A DNA stretch of 64,000 nucleotides. Origin: Octopus vulgaris. Lineage: Eukaryota. Below the pieces are notes generated by a model. That model was not told where the DNA came from. It searched no databases and worked only from the letters and a program-made list of their open reading frames with translations. The DNA is taken from assembly GCA_951406725.2 (NCBI GenBank), contig OX597819.1:125054001-125118000 (forward strand). The letters are read 5' to 3'. Shown one piece after another: positions 12,890 to 25,107 of the stretch. The translations under genes and the position numbers were made by a program. Positions within the stretch are counted from its first letter, which is position 1; each line of letters opens with the position of its first letter.

Positions 12890-13270
12890 TGTGCCACCGG
12901 CACAGGTATCATAACTACAATTTCCTGGTGGCACATGACCTGCTGTGCTTGTGGAGACCTATTGAGTCAAGTACATCAACATCAAAATAAATATCAAATG
13001 GAAATTGTAGTTGTGATACCTGTGCCGGTGGCATGTAAAAAGCACCATCCGAACGTTGCCAATGCCAGCACCGCCTTGACTGGCACCAACCGATCATGGC
13101 CACTGCCAGCCTCACCTGGCACGTAAAAAGCACCCTCTACACTGATGGAGTGGTTGGCATTAGGAAGGGCATCCAGCTGTAGAAACATTGCCATTATTCA
13201 TTATTGGAGCCTATTATTATTACCTCTATTCTCAGACCCCGGTCGAACCATCCAACCCATACTAGCATGT
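12890..13270 (+). mobile_element. RTE 3'-end repeat
   Basis: Family sequence; inverse of the 10914-11372 subfamily. Confidence 0.8.
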
Positions 13271-13361
13271 TATTATTGTTGTTATTATTGATGTTATTAT
13301 TATTATTATTATTGTTGCTGTTGTTGCTGTTGTTGTTGTTGTTGTTGTTGTTGTTGCTGCT
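13269..13361. repeat. Compound (TTA)n(TTG)n microsatellite
   Basis: Directly visible in the sequence. Confidence 0.95.
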
Positions 13362-14025
13362 GTCAACCAGACAGGCCACACTTGATTTTGCTCCGTAATT
13401 TTTGTAAACAAATTGAGTACAAATCACAGAAATCTCTTGTATTCAGTGGTTTGAAATTTATACCATCACCGAAGACAAGTTGCTTAGGATTGGCTGAGTT
13501 TGTTTTCGTATGTTGTTCCCCCACTTTTGAAGGACATATCAATTTATTTTTGTTTCTGTGATGCACATTTTTATTTCCTCCTTCCATGAAGAAAACATCA
13601 GATGACAGGATGAAGCTTATGAGAAAGATGGAGAGAGTGAGGAGTGTTACCAGAATGAAAGTGAAAGAGGGTGTGAGTGGGAGATAACAATATATGAAGG
13701 AGCTTATGTGCAGTCATCCAAACTACAGGAAATAGCAGCCAAATTTCCTTCAGCTTTTACCATCTTAATGTATTCCTGGATGCACTACAATGAGGAAAAT
13801 GACAGGGTGATTGCATCTGGAGTGTCTTTAATCATAAGGCTGTTGTATGTGTATCATCATCATCATTATCATCGTTTAACGTCCGCTTTCCATGCTAGCA
13901 TGGGTTGGACGATTTTGACTGAGAGCTGGCGAACCAGATGGTTGCACCAGGCTCCAGTCTTGATTTGGCAGAGTTTCTACAGCTGGATACCCTTCCTAAA
14001 TATATATATATATACACACCACATC

Positions 14026-14256
14026 AAGGCAGTGAGCTAGTAGAATCGTTAGCATGCCAGGTGAAATGCTCAGCGGTATTTCGTCTGCCATTACGTTCTG
14101 AGTTCAAATTCCGCCGAGGTCAACTTTGCCTTTCATCCTCTCGGGGTTGATAAATAAAGTACCAGTTTCACACTGGGGTTGATATAATCGACTTAATCCC
14201 TTTGTCTGTCCTTGTTTGTCCCCTCTGTGTTTAGCCCCTTGTGTATAGTAAAGATA
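14026..14256 (+). mobile_element. tRNA-derived SINE family B (Meta-domain-like)
   Basis: B box GAGTTCAAATTCC; gactttgcctttcatcctttcggggtcgataaa..agtacc resembles the MetaSINE/Sauria central domain. Confidence 0.85.
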
Positions 14257-14613
14257 TATATATATATGTATATAATTATCATCATTATCGTTTTGATATG
14301 CACTTTTCTATGCTTGCATGGGTCAGACAGAATTCATCGAGGCAGATTTTCTACCTGTCACCTCACCTGTTTCAAACTAAATTGATATTTACCCATTGGT
14401 ATGCATGATGTGTTTATGGAAAATTGAAAACAGAAAGCACATTTGTATGATGGTGATCTCACTTAAAACTGTTGTGCAATGTCAGACATGGCTGTGTAGT
14501 TAAAAAATTTCCCTCCCAACCACACGGTATTGAGTTCAGTCCCACTGCATGGTACCTTGTCCAGGTGTCTTCTATTCTGACCCTGATCCAATCAAAGCCT
14601 TGCGAGTGGATAT

Positions 14614-15039
14614 CTCAGATGAGAAAAATTTCTACCAGTATCAGATGGTGAACACATAGAACAACTTTGGCTTGCCGTGTCCCCAAAACATGTACCGAGA
14701 GTGATAAAAATCAAATATTCAGTCAACATCATGGTGTTTGGAGTGATCAATAGTGATGGTGATGTTATGCCTTCATTCATCTTTCCACACGACCTCAGAC
14801 TCAACATGAAGGCTTACATCAAATACCTGGAGGTGGTAGTGCTACCCTGGGTCAAGAGGATGATCAAGTCGTCTGGAGGCCGTGGTTGAAGCCAATGGTG
14901 ATTTTATTGAATAAATTTACTCTTTAGTTTTTCAAGATATTTTTAGGTAATTTTGGTAAATATATCTGTTAAAATGAGATGTCAGTGTTATTTTCATTTT
15001 TGCATAATTTAGATGACAATTTATTCACAGCACCCTGTA
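14614..15039 (+). mobile_element. Tc1/mariner transposase relic (maT/DD37D-like), internally deleted
   Basis: SDEKNF..IMVFGVINSDGDVMP.FIF..AYIKYLEVVVLPW..RLEAVVEANGDFIE*; right end cagcaccctg followed by TA. Confidence 0.8.
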
Positions 15040-15133
15040 TATATATATATATATATAATATGTATGTGTATGGATATTTACATATAACACTGTATATGAT
15101 ATATATATAAAATTAATATACTTCAAAATTAAT

Positions 15134-15511
15134 AGGCGCAGAAGCGGCTGTGTGGTAAGTAGGTTCATTCCCACTGCGTAGCACCTTTGGCAAGTGTCTT
15201 TTACTATAGCCTCGGGCCGACCAAAGCCTTGTGAGTGGATTTGGTAGACGGAAACTGGAAGAAGCCCGTCGTATATATGTATATATATATATGTATGTGT
15301 GTATGTGTTTGTGTTTGTACCCCCACCATTGCTTGACAACCGACAGTGGTGTGTTTACGTCCCTGTAACTTAGTGATTCAGCAAAAGAGACTGATAGAAT
15401 AAGTACTAGGCTTACAAGAATAAGTCCTGTGGTCAATTTATTCGACTAAAAGGCGGTGCTCCAGCATGGCCGCAGTCAAATGACTGAAACAAGTAAAAGA
15501 GTAAAAGAGTA
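15134..15511 (+). mobile_element. SINE family A
   Basis: Matches 904-1292 with a small 5' deletion. Confidence 0.9.
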
Positions 15512-16685
15512 TACTATCTTTTATAAATGCTTATGACTGGAATTGTTGTTAGATTTTAGTCTCAGATTTTCACTGATAGCTTTGTTAGGAAATGGTGAAA
15601 GATCTGTGCTTTGTTTCTATCCTTCAGGCACTGGGAAGTATGCTTGCTATGGTAATGTAATAGCTTTAAAGTACTTTCCAAGTCAAATTCCTTGTTTCTC
15701 TGCAAATATTTGTTCTTTTTTTTTCTTCATTTTATGGTTTTTCTTTCTTTTTTTTCTTTATATCTCATTAATTTGTTTGACATTCTGATCGTGTACTATG
15801 ATTCTTTATGTAGTGCTCAAAATATTAAAATTTTTTGTGTGTGTATATATGCACGCATGCACACACACACACACAAAAAAGCTGTTTTACTTATAGAGTC
15901 TTTCTCTCTGTAATGCATACATGCGTGGCTACTTTACATAGATATATTTATATGCACACAGACAACATACATGATCACAATTCTTAAAAAAGACAAAAAA
16001 GACCCCACACAAGCAAAAATATCTGTCACTAATACGTTTGTCATTTTGTTCAGTAATTCTGAGATGATTTTCAACTTTATCATTACTCCTCAACAATTTC
16101 GAATCTTTTCAAGTGTTTCATTTCATAAGTTTCTGGAGAAAAAAACATCATGAAGAAGTCATTATTTCTTGTATTTCTCTACTTCAAATCAAGGATTTAT
16201 TTTTAAATATTTAAAAAAAAACCCAAAAAAACTAAAACGTCCTCAGGTGGAAATATCAAAATTCTGGTTTTTGGCATTGATTTATTTCCTTATAATACCA
16301 ATATGTTTTGTTTCTTTTCCTTAATTTTTGTTTGTCTTCTTTTGTCTTTCTCCACCTCAACTTCTATACACCTTGTTATTTATTTTTAATTAGTTTAGAT
16401 AAAAAAAAATAATTAAAGAAATACTTTTGTTAGAATAGATTTTCTTATTAAAAATTGGAAGTAGTTATCTTTGTGATAACTTTCAGTTTGAAATTAATTA
16501 GGCTTTTAGGAAATGTAAGAGTAATTAGTGACAGATATTATTTTTAATTCACTTTGTATAGGTAGTGGGTAGAGATTTTCTTCACTACTTCGGAGAGTGA
16601 CAATCCTGCCTGACATGAGTCCCTGGCTCAGCTGGCTCCAGCTGACATTATCCGGTACGGGGCCCCTATCCATAATAATATGATG

Positions 16686-17022
16686 CAATGAAATTATTGT
16701 ATACAGTGCTCAGGTGCACCACAACTTGTCAAAAGTGCGTATATAAAGTATATGCAGTAATGTACAAATGTCTGGAGGGTGAACAGTGTATGAGTCAGAT
16801 AGATGCTTCCGTGTGTATGGAGGGGAGAAAATCAGGTGTAGTGTTGGCCAATCTCAGGAAGCATGGAAGTTATGAAGGATGCAGTGCTCCGACAACTAAC
16901 AACTGATGCCGGCAGTCTGTTCCATGCTTCAGCAACTCTTAGCGTGAAAAAATGTTTCCGAAAGTCATGGAAGGAACTGTGCTGTTTTCTGACTTTGTAA
17001 ACATGTCCACGGGTGTTAGACA
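16686..17022 (-). mobile_element. CR1-clade LINE 3' fragment
   Basis: Same family as 36724-37190, inverted. Confidence 0.9.
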
Positions 17023-17507
17023 TGTGGGATACTATAAAATGCAGAAAAACTCCAAAGGAAAGAAAACCAAAAAGATTCCCAATTTATATAAGGCAGCTAA
17101 TTTGAAAGCTTCATAATGATAAGTGAACTTCTTACAAATATTCTTTTACTTGCTTCAGTCATTTGATTGTGGCCATGCTGGAGCACCACCTTGAAGGGTT
17201 CAGTTTCTGTCTATCAAATCCACTCACAAGGCTTTGGTCAGCCTGAGGCTATTGTAGAAGACACCCAAAGTGTCATGCAGTGAGACTGAACTCGGATCCA
17301 TGTGATAGGGAAGCAAGCTTCTTACCACACAGCCATGCCTGCACCAATTCTAATAAAAAAATCATTACAGTAATTTATATTACTCTTATTTTATTTTAAT
17401 CAATGTATGAGTCTGTTGGTTCAGACCTATTATTTAAAAACAAGTGTATGATGACAAACAGTTAAAATACTAAATCATAGAAGATAGGAAGAATTTCTTA
17501 TCTTTAC

Positions 17508-17575
17508 CCTAAAAATACATCAAAGTCAAAATTGTAGCTGTTTAAAAAAGAAAGGGTCTGTTTAGTGAAAGTAAC

Positions 17576-17648
<73 letters not shown>

Positions 17649-17774
17649 ACAAGTTAGATGAATGAAAACCATCTAAGGGATAGATGTACCCAGAGGTACC
17701 CTAACCTAAAAATACATCAAAGTCAAAATTGTAGCTGTTTAAAAAGAAAGGGTCTGTTTAGTGAAAGTAACCAA

Positions 17775-17836
<62 letters not shown>

Positions 17837-17890
17837 ACAAGTTAGATGAATGAAAACCATCTAAGGGATAGATGTACCCAGAGGTACCCC
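17508..17890. repeat. Tandem duplication of a ~190-bp unit containing (TC)n(TA)n
   Basis: 17508-17701 repeated at 17706-17890, differing mainly in microsatellite length. Confidence 0.9.
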
Positions 17891-18366
17891 TGGTAATTAC
17901 TTCAGTATGTATGGTCTTTGTTATAAGTTATAGGGTAATGGGTAATTTAAAACCATAGTTTAATGTATATATATATATATATCATCATCATCATCATCAT
18001 TTAACGTCCGCTTTCCATGGACGGTTCAACTGGGGTCTGGGGAGCCCGAAGGCTGCACCAGGCCAGTCAGATCTGGCACACAAATGGCCACAGCCTTAGT
18101 GTTGAAACACATAAAAGAATATATATATATATACGTGCCAGTGGCACGTAAAAAGCACCCACTACACTCACGGAGTGGTTGGCGTTAGGAAGGGCATCAA
18201 GCTGTAGAAATACTGCCAGATCAGACTGGGCCTGGTACAGTCTTCTGGCTTCCCAGACCCCAGTTGAACTGTCCAACCCATGCTAGCATGGAGAGCGGAC
18301 GTTAAACGATGATGATGATGATGTTATATATATATATATTTACCTGTATATATATTTATGTATATA

Positions 18367-18415
<49 letters not shown>

Positions 18416-18425
18416 GCACACATAC

Positions 18426-18570
18426 CTCTGTTGCTGGTCATTTTTGCTCTGTCAGCCACTCCACCCAGTTGGCTTTGCACCAAGGATCCACCAACACCAG
18501 ACTTCGCCCTCGAACAGTGCTACATGTTCACTCTCCTAACCCAAACTCCATTTGGACTAAACACCACCCC
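18426..18570 (+). mobile_element. Penelope-like GIY-YIG C-terminal relic
   Basis: Frameshifted SVAGHFCSVSHS...LEQCYMFTLLTQTPFGLN (~VA.HF...H...EQ..I..L.T..P.GLN). Confidence 0.7.
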
Positions 18571-18639
18571 CTCCTCCCAGGGTCATCTTCCACACACCTT
18601 TTCTAAAAATTTATTTTTAATTTTTTATTTTAATTTTTT

Positions 18640-19140
18640 ATTCATCTCACTCACACCCACATACATAGTTCAATCCCCACATAATACATGCATACCTACT
18701 GAACACACACACACACACACACATGTTTACATATTCTAGCATGGACAAAAAGAACCCTCTCTCATACACACATGCACATGTGTTAACATACATACACACA
18801 CATACACACACACGTGTATATATATACACATGCACCCATACACACATGCTACACACATCCTCACATACACATACATGCACACAGCCACACACACATGCTC
18901 GTGCACACATCCTCACACACACTCATACACACATGTACATACACATGCCTGCACACACACACACACTCATGTGCACATACTCAAACACATACACATACAC
19001 ATAGCAACATCAACACACTTGTCATCGTATCTCTCACCCCCACACACATATGTGCATGCACACACACACACATACATACAAACACATGCCCTCACATACA
19101 CTCATACACACACACACATTTGTATGCACTTACACACGTG
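18640..19140. repeat. Degenerate (CA)-rich low-complexity tract
   Basis: Source of the overlapping His/Thr and Cys/Val ORFs. Confidence 0.9.
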
Positions 19141-19481
19141 CCTGCACCAAAGGCTCTAAAAACACAATAAAAAGGTCACGGACAATGCCCATCCTTCTCC
19201 TGACCCAAAAAAAAAGTAGAAAAAAAAGTAGGAAAAAAAGTAGAAAAAAAGAAGGAAAAAATGTAGAAAAAAAAGTAGAAAAAAAAGAAGGAAAAAATAG
19301 TAAATAATTACCAGTCTATAGGAAAATTTACAAATAAACATGATTTTACCAAACACTCTAACAATATCTGTTTCAACATATCATTTCCAGGCTAATGCCA
19401 TATTATAATTTACACAAAGACTGTTCTCACAACATCATAATTCCTTGGAATTATCTTTCTTCCCTCTTTTCTTCTCTCTTT

Positions 19482-19515
19482 TTCTTTGATGAAGGACACT
19501 ATCTGAAATGTTGAA
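19482..19515 (+). ncRNA. Degenerate hammerhead motif
   Basis: TTGATGA-A-GGA(CACTA)TCT-GAAATGTT looks like C>T decay of CTGATGAAGGA..TCCGAAACGTT; lies downstream of a Penelope GIY-YIG relic. Confidence 0.4.
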
Positions 19516-19534
19516 CTTGCTCAGCATTTCTTTC

Positions 19535-19764
19535 TTAACCCTTTTGTTACCGTATTTATTTTGAGAAGCTCTCTGTTTCTTTCAATTAATTTTAAATATA
19601 ACAAAGAATTTAGTAAAATAACTTAGTTATCATTAAGCTAGTGTTAAGAACATAAATTGTGACTAAGGTTTGGTGGAAGATTTTAATTCAAAACTTAGGA
19701 AAAAAAGACATTTGTACTATAGAGCCAGGGTCAGTTTCAGCCAGGTTGGTAATGAAAGGGTTAA
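19535..19764. mobile_element. piggyBac-type MITE family 1
   Basis: TTAA-CCCTTT..AAAGGG-TTAA. Confidence 0.85.
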
Positions 19765-20867
19765 TGTAAAAACAAACCCCCAAAAACTTAAGAAATATAT
19801 GTTGTAGAGTCTTCCTTGATTCTTCTAGTCTGCTTTAAAGTATTTGAATGTTTTTTTTTTCTCTCATTGGGTTGCTTTTTTTTAATTGAGTCACTGACTC
19901 ATGCTGTTTTCTTTGTAAAACATGATAAACAGGTGTTCTTTACAATACTGTATTGAAATGGTAAAGAGCATATATAAAAATACACATTTGTACTTGTAAG
20001 AAACACATTTTATTGTAAGAAATGGAAGACAAAAAAATAGTTTCACACTTGTATCTAATTTGTCATTTATTTACATAACACTTTTTAAAATTACCATATT
20101 TGTTTGGTACACCTGTAATTTTGGGCAGTGAAATACCAGAAAAGCAGATATATATATAATTTTATCATGGAAAAAATTCACAACATATAATTTTTGCACA
20201 CAGCAACTATTAACAGTTAAATAGAATATTATACAATACAATATGCACTCACTTTGCTTTAGATTTACAATATATAGAAAGAGGTGTATTTAATCAGATG
20301 AATTATAATCTCTGTAAAAAATTTATCAATAAAGTTCACAAATCTTAAACAAAACAAAAACAAATTCTTAAGTGGTCTTTGAACTTTACTGGTGTATGCC
20401 TTAAAAGTGCATCTACAGTAAAATTAGTATTGGGAAAATCACATGATCATGTTCTTTTGTGAAAAAAAGAAATGTATATTATATATGAACAAATACAGTA
20501 TTTGCATTTGTGAGCCTATTTTTACAAGTGAGGCAAATGTTTGAAACCAAGGCCAGTACTAAATGGCACCAGGCTGAATCAAGAGAGAACCTTCTTCCAG
20601 ATGGAGGGACATGTTCCTTGGTGAATAACTGAGTGAGTGAGTGAAAGAACGAACAGAGAGAGAGAGAGAAAGTTCTGAAAATAACAGAGAAACCCAAGAA
20701 TCACTTGGCTAAGACTGGAGTAATGATCACATGAAGCCAGTGTTTAATGGCAAGATGGTCTTTTAAATAACTGCCAACCACTTAGCTACAATAGCAAAAG
20801 ATAGATTGTATCTTACTGAACCATTCAATTACTGTTTTTATTGAAAGTTAACCAGGGTCACATCTCT

Positions 20868-21232
20868 TCTCTATATATATAAATGGCAAAATGTCTGTGT
20901 ACATGTCCTTTATACAAATCCACAATTTTTCCGTTAGAGGACTCACACTTTCTATGGTCATTCAAAACCGTCCAAGGGTGGTCGTGCACATCTTTACATT
21001 TCCCCAGTCACCCATCAAAGCCATTAAAAAAATCAATAGAAGGGACTTTTTTGTGAATTTTCTATCCAAAACCCAATCAAAATGCCCAAAACTTGATACG
21101 CCAATTGAATGCCAGCTAGCTGTATGTGATTGGTTGGAGATTTGGACAGTACTCACATGTATGTGCGCACGCACGCAGCTGTATATGCATACACTAGCAC
21201 TGTGACCAGGCAACGCTGGGTCATAGTGTTAG
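20868..21232 (+). mobile_element. Non-autonomous Helitron family 1
   Basis: 5' TC, 3' hairpin gaccaggcaacgctgggtc then (c/t)tag-T. Confidence 0.8.
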
Positions 21233-21544
21233 TCATAAAATAAACAACAGATTAGCAGGATAAATTAAAAATCACTAATTAATCATCCTTGTTTCATACT
21301 TCTGCGTGGTACAAATACACATCGAATGAATTGACCCCAATATTTTTTTTTTGTTAATCCTGGTACTTATTCTATTGGTCTTTAAGTTATGGAGACTTAA
21401 ATTTGCCAACACCAGTTATTTAGTGGTGGTGGAGGACAAACACAGACACTAAAACACCCACATAGATATGACAGGCTTCTTTCAGTTTCCATCTACCAAA
21501 TCTACTCACAAGGCTTTGGTCAGCCCAAGACTATAGTAGAAGTT

Positions 21545-22249
21545 ACTGTTGCTCCGATCAGGACAGGCTGAAGCGTCTGTGTCACATAGAGCAATATTCA
21601 AATATGAATGGTGGCATCCAAGTAAACCATCGAGATGTCCTGTAGAAGAGAGAGAGCTCGTCTTCATGGAGGTGGGAGATGGAGTCTGGGTGAAGCTACC
21701 AAAGGCATCCTGCACAACTCAGTGGAACAGAGGAATGGTGAGAGCTGTGAATTCCAAAACAACATTTCTGTGGATGGAATGCCGCATCATGTCTTGGATG
21801 TTCTTAGGATTGTCGCTTAATTGGATGATGATTGTGGAGAGGAGGAAGAGAATGAGGTTCCTAGCTTAAGAAGATCACAAGGTGCAAGGTGCCCACCTGG
21901 GTGGGTGGTAGATTTCGACATGGAGTGAAGTGGGGAGGTGATCTTTGAGATCGGTGGGGCATATGAGGATGAGCCAGAAGAAGAGGGTCATGACGTCAAT
22001 GGTCAAGGGACTGACCAGAAGAGGAGGTACAAGAGGGTAAGAGGGGTGACAAGAGTGAGGGTCGGCCTCTTCTTGCCTGCTTGAGGCATCGTGAACGGAT
22101 GTCAGGGAATTTGCTCCTGGGTTGGTCAGATAGCAGCTGCTTATACTGGGTGACAGGGGTAGGGCAGGATCTCCGGAGAGATTACTACTAGACAGGCAAA
22201 GATGAGAGAGGAAGGTAGGTGAACCTCAGTTCCTTTCCCACACATGACA
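21545..22249 (+). mobile_element. Gypsy-like LTR retrotransposon 3' fragment (integrase C-terminus, PPT, LTR)
   Basis: EVGDGVWVK..CTTQWNRG.V..VNS.NNISVDGMPHH..LRRSQGARCPPGW; purine tract then TG..CA segment at about 21964-22249. Confidence 0.7.
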
Positions 22250-22299
22250 GTCACTAAAATATAGCTTCAAAGAAATTTAAAAGAAACGGCTCACAAATG

Positions 22300-22856
22300 T
22301 AGGAACTTTTGATTCTATGACAAATTCTTGAACTGAGTGCAAATCTAAAATTGTAGTTGACTGTCTTATACATCTGCTTAATTAACTAATTTATGGTTAA
22401 TTACGTTGCTAATGAATAAATATTAAACACTTCTAGCTTGTAGATATGTAGAATTAGATTGTTAGAAGCCTATTTCTTCTGAAGGTACTAATCAACATTA
22501 AAGAAGAATTTCATAAAATGATTATTTCTTTGAAACTTCAAGAGCTTGCAATTTATCTTGTTTGGTGAAGTATCTTTAAAGCAATTAACAATGTATGACT
22601 ATACCATTCGTTCTTCTTGTATTGTGGTACTTTGATTTTAAATTGTATATATGTTGATTCTGTTGAGTAATTAAGTAGCTGTGAGATCGAAGAAAAACAA
22701 GTCTGTAATCCATTTATAGTTTCCAATTTTAGCTGCTGCTGCTGTCATTAGTGCTTCTGGGGGAAAAGCAGTGATGAATATCACATCTCTTTGTGTCTTC
22801 TTGAAGACTGAGGAGCCAATCACTCTGTTATATAGATATAGATCACCAAAATTCAA
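22300..22856 (-). pseudogene. Exon relic, end of microtubule-binding domain and coiled coil 2
   Basis: ORF 22671-22856 contains AFPPEALMTAAAAKIGNYKWITDL; frame continues with several stops. Confidence 0.6.
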
Positions 22857-23066
22857 AATGTGACTGCGTGTGTACCGTTTGTAATTTTTTTCCTCTGTCT
22901 TCCCTTCTTTGGATTTTTCCTTTTCCTATGTTTCTGACGAAGAGCTCCGCTCGAAACGTTAAACCCTCCTTCTTTCCTGAGCATCCAATAACACTATAGT
23001 TCTTCCACGTCCTCGCGTTGTTGTGTTTTCTCTTTGTGTTTTCATGCTTGGATTAACTTTATAGAT
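22857..23066 (+). mobile_element. Penelope-like pLTR fragment
   Basis: Pyrimidine-rich segment containing the minimal hammerhead; boundaries approximate. Confidence 0.6.
22930..22964 (+). ncRNA. Minimal type I hammerhead ribozyme (Penelope pLTR type)
   Basis: GUUU-CUGACGA-A-GAGC(UCC)GCUC-GAAAC-GUU-AAAC: stem I GUUU/AAAC, stem II GAGC/GCUC, palindromic AACGUU stem III. Confidence 0.85.
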
Positions 23067-23450
23067 AACCAAGCTATTTTATGTTTAATCTTACAGTTTT
23101 TTGGTTTATTTTCTTTTCATATTTGACCAGATAAAAAATAGAGGGATTATGTTATCTGCAAATATCTTTCAAGGGTTAAATAAATTTCCTTCAAAACCCA
23201 AGTTACAAAGCTTGGAATTTACCAGTATCCCAGTTTCTCTTTCCAAAGAGTTAACAATGAAGGCAGTGCTCCAGCATGGCCGCAATCAAAAAACTGAAAC
23301 AAATAAAAGAAGAAAAAAAAAGAAAGAAAAACTTCATCAAGCAGTTAGATGGAATTAGTTCAGGATATCAAGAACTATATTTGTAGTATTATGTCCGTTA
23401 ATAAATTAGCCTGCTTTTATTAAGCACTGAGGGAATAAAGAAGTAAAGTT

Positions 23451-23678
23451 TTAACCCTTTAGCATTCAAACCGGTTATATCCGGCCAGAAGTATTCTGCC
23501 TGTTTTATGGTCAAATTGGTCAGATCTGGTCTCTCACACCAACCCTACAATATCATTTAAAAAACAACAGTTACCTCATCAAAATTTCATCGCTACAAGA
23601 TAATGCATGATTAGTTCAAAACAATGTGGATGAAAAAGCATTAATTTTGGCAGAATAATGCGAACACTATAGGGTTAA
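23451..23678. mobile_element. piggyBac-type MITE family 2
   Basis: TTAACCCTTTAG..AGGGTTAA; related to 49922-50149. Confidence 0.8.
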
Positions 23679-24042
23679 GCCGATGAGGAGAACCTTTGTG
23701 TGGTCATTTGGTTTTCTAGAAATTACAACTAAATTTCCCTCAAAGTGTACTCTTCTTTCTAAAACAAAAAAAAAAGACATATCGGATAATGAAGTTCTTA
23801 ATACGACGTCTAACACACTGCATTAACCAATGAGCCTTTGTACCTAAAAAATGGGATGGTCAAGACTAGAACTCTTTCAATCATTGGTCTACTCAGTCAA
23901 AACTGACCTGGGCTAAACAACAACAACAACAATCAGTTAGGTGTCGGATTACAGACTAGAGATATTCTAGCCTATCTCTTAACACAGCTCTTTACATTGT
24001 TTGCTTCTGTTTACCTACTGCAGAAGAGGTACTGTGTTTTCT

Positions 24043-25107
24043 TAAGGCAGCGAGCTGGCAGAAACGTTAGCACGCCGGGCGAATTGTGTAGCCGTATTTC
24101 GTCTGCCATAATGTTCTGAGTTCAAATTCCGCCGAGGTCGACTTTGCCTTTCATCCTTTCGGGGTCAATAAATTAAGTACCAGTTACGCACTGGGGGTCG
24201 ACATAATCGACTTAATCCGTTTGTCTGTCCTTGTTTGTCCCCTCTGTGTTTAGCCCCTTGTGGGTAGTAAAGAAATAGGTATTTTGTCTGCCGCTACGTT
24301 CTGAGTTCAAATTCCACTGAGGTTAACTTTGCCTTTCATCCTTTCAGGGTCGATAAATTAAGTACCAGTTTAGCACTGGGGTCAATATAATTGACTTAAT
24401 CCGTTTGTCTGTCCTTGTTTGTCCCCTCTGTGTTTAGCCCCTTGTGGGTAGTAAAGAAATAGGTATTTTGTCTGCCGCTACGTTCTGAGTTCAAATTCCA
24501 CTGAGGTTAACTTTGCCTTTCATCCTTTCGGGGTCGATAAATTAAGTACCAGTTTAGCACTGGGGTCAATATAATTGACTTAATCCGTTTGTCTGTCCTT
24601 GTTTGTCCCTTCTGTGTTTAGCCCCTTGTGGGTAGTAAAGAAATATATATATGTATATAATTATCATCATTATCATCGTTTTGATATGCACTTTTCTATG
24701 CTTGCATGGGTCAGACAGAATTCATCAAGGCAGATTTTCTACCTGTCACCTCACCTGTTTCAAACTAAATTGATATTTACCCATTGGTATGCATGATGTG
24801 TTTATGGAAGATTGAAAACAGAAAGCACATTTGTATGATGGTGATCTCACTTAAAACTGTTGTGTAATGTCAGACATGGCTGTGTAGTTAAAAAATTTCC
24901 CTCCCAACCACACGGTATTGAGTTCAGTCCCACTGCATGGTACCTTGTCCAGGTGTCTTCTATTCTGACCCTGATCCAATCAAAGCCTTGCGGGGTCAAT
25001 AAATTAAGTACCAGTTACACACTGGGGTCGATATAACCGACTTAATCCCTTTGTCTATCCTTGTTTGTCCTCTCTGTGTTTAGTCTCTTGTGGGTAGTAA
25101 TGAAAGT
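24043..25107 (+). mobile_element. Composite SINE B insertion with tandem 3' parts and a captured flank, 16-bp TSD
   Basis: TSD aggtactgtgttttct at 24027-24042 and 25108-25123. Confidence 0.88.

Noticed and set aside
18647-19307. His/Thr-, Cys/Val- and Lys-rich ORFs
   Set aside because: Products of (CA)n and A-rich low-complexity DNA.
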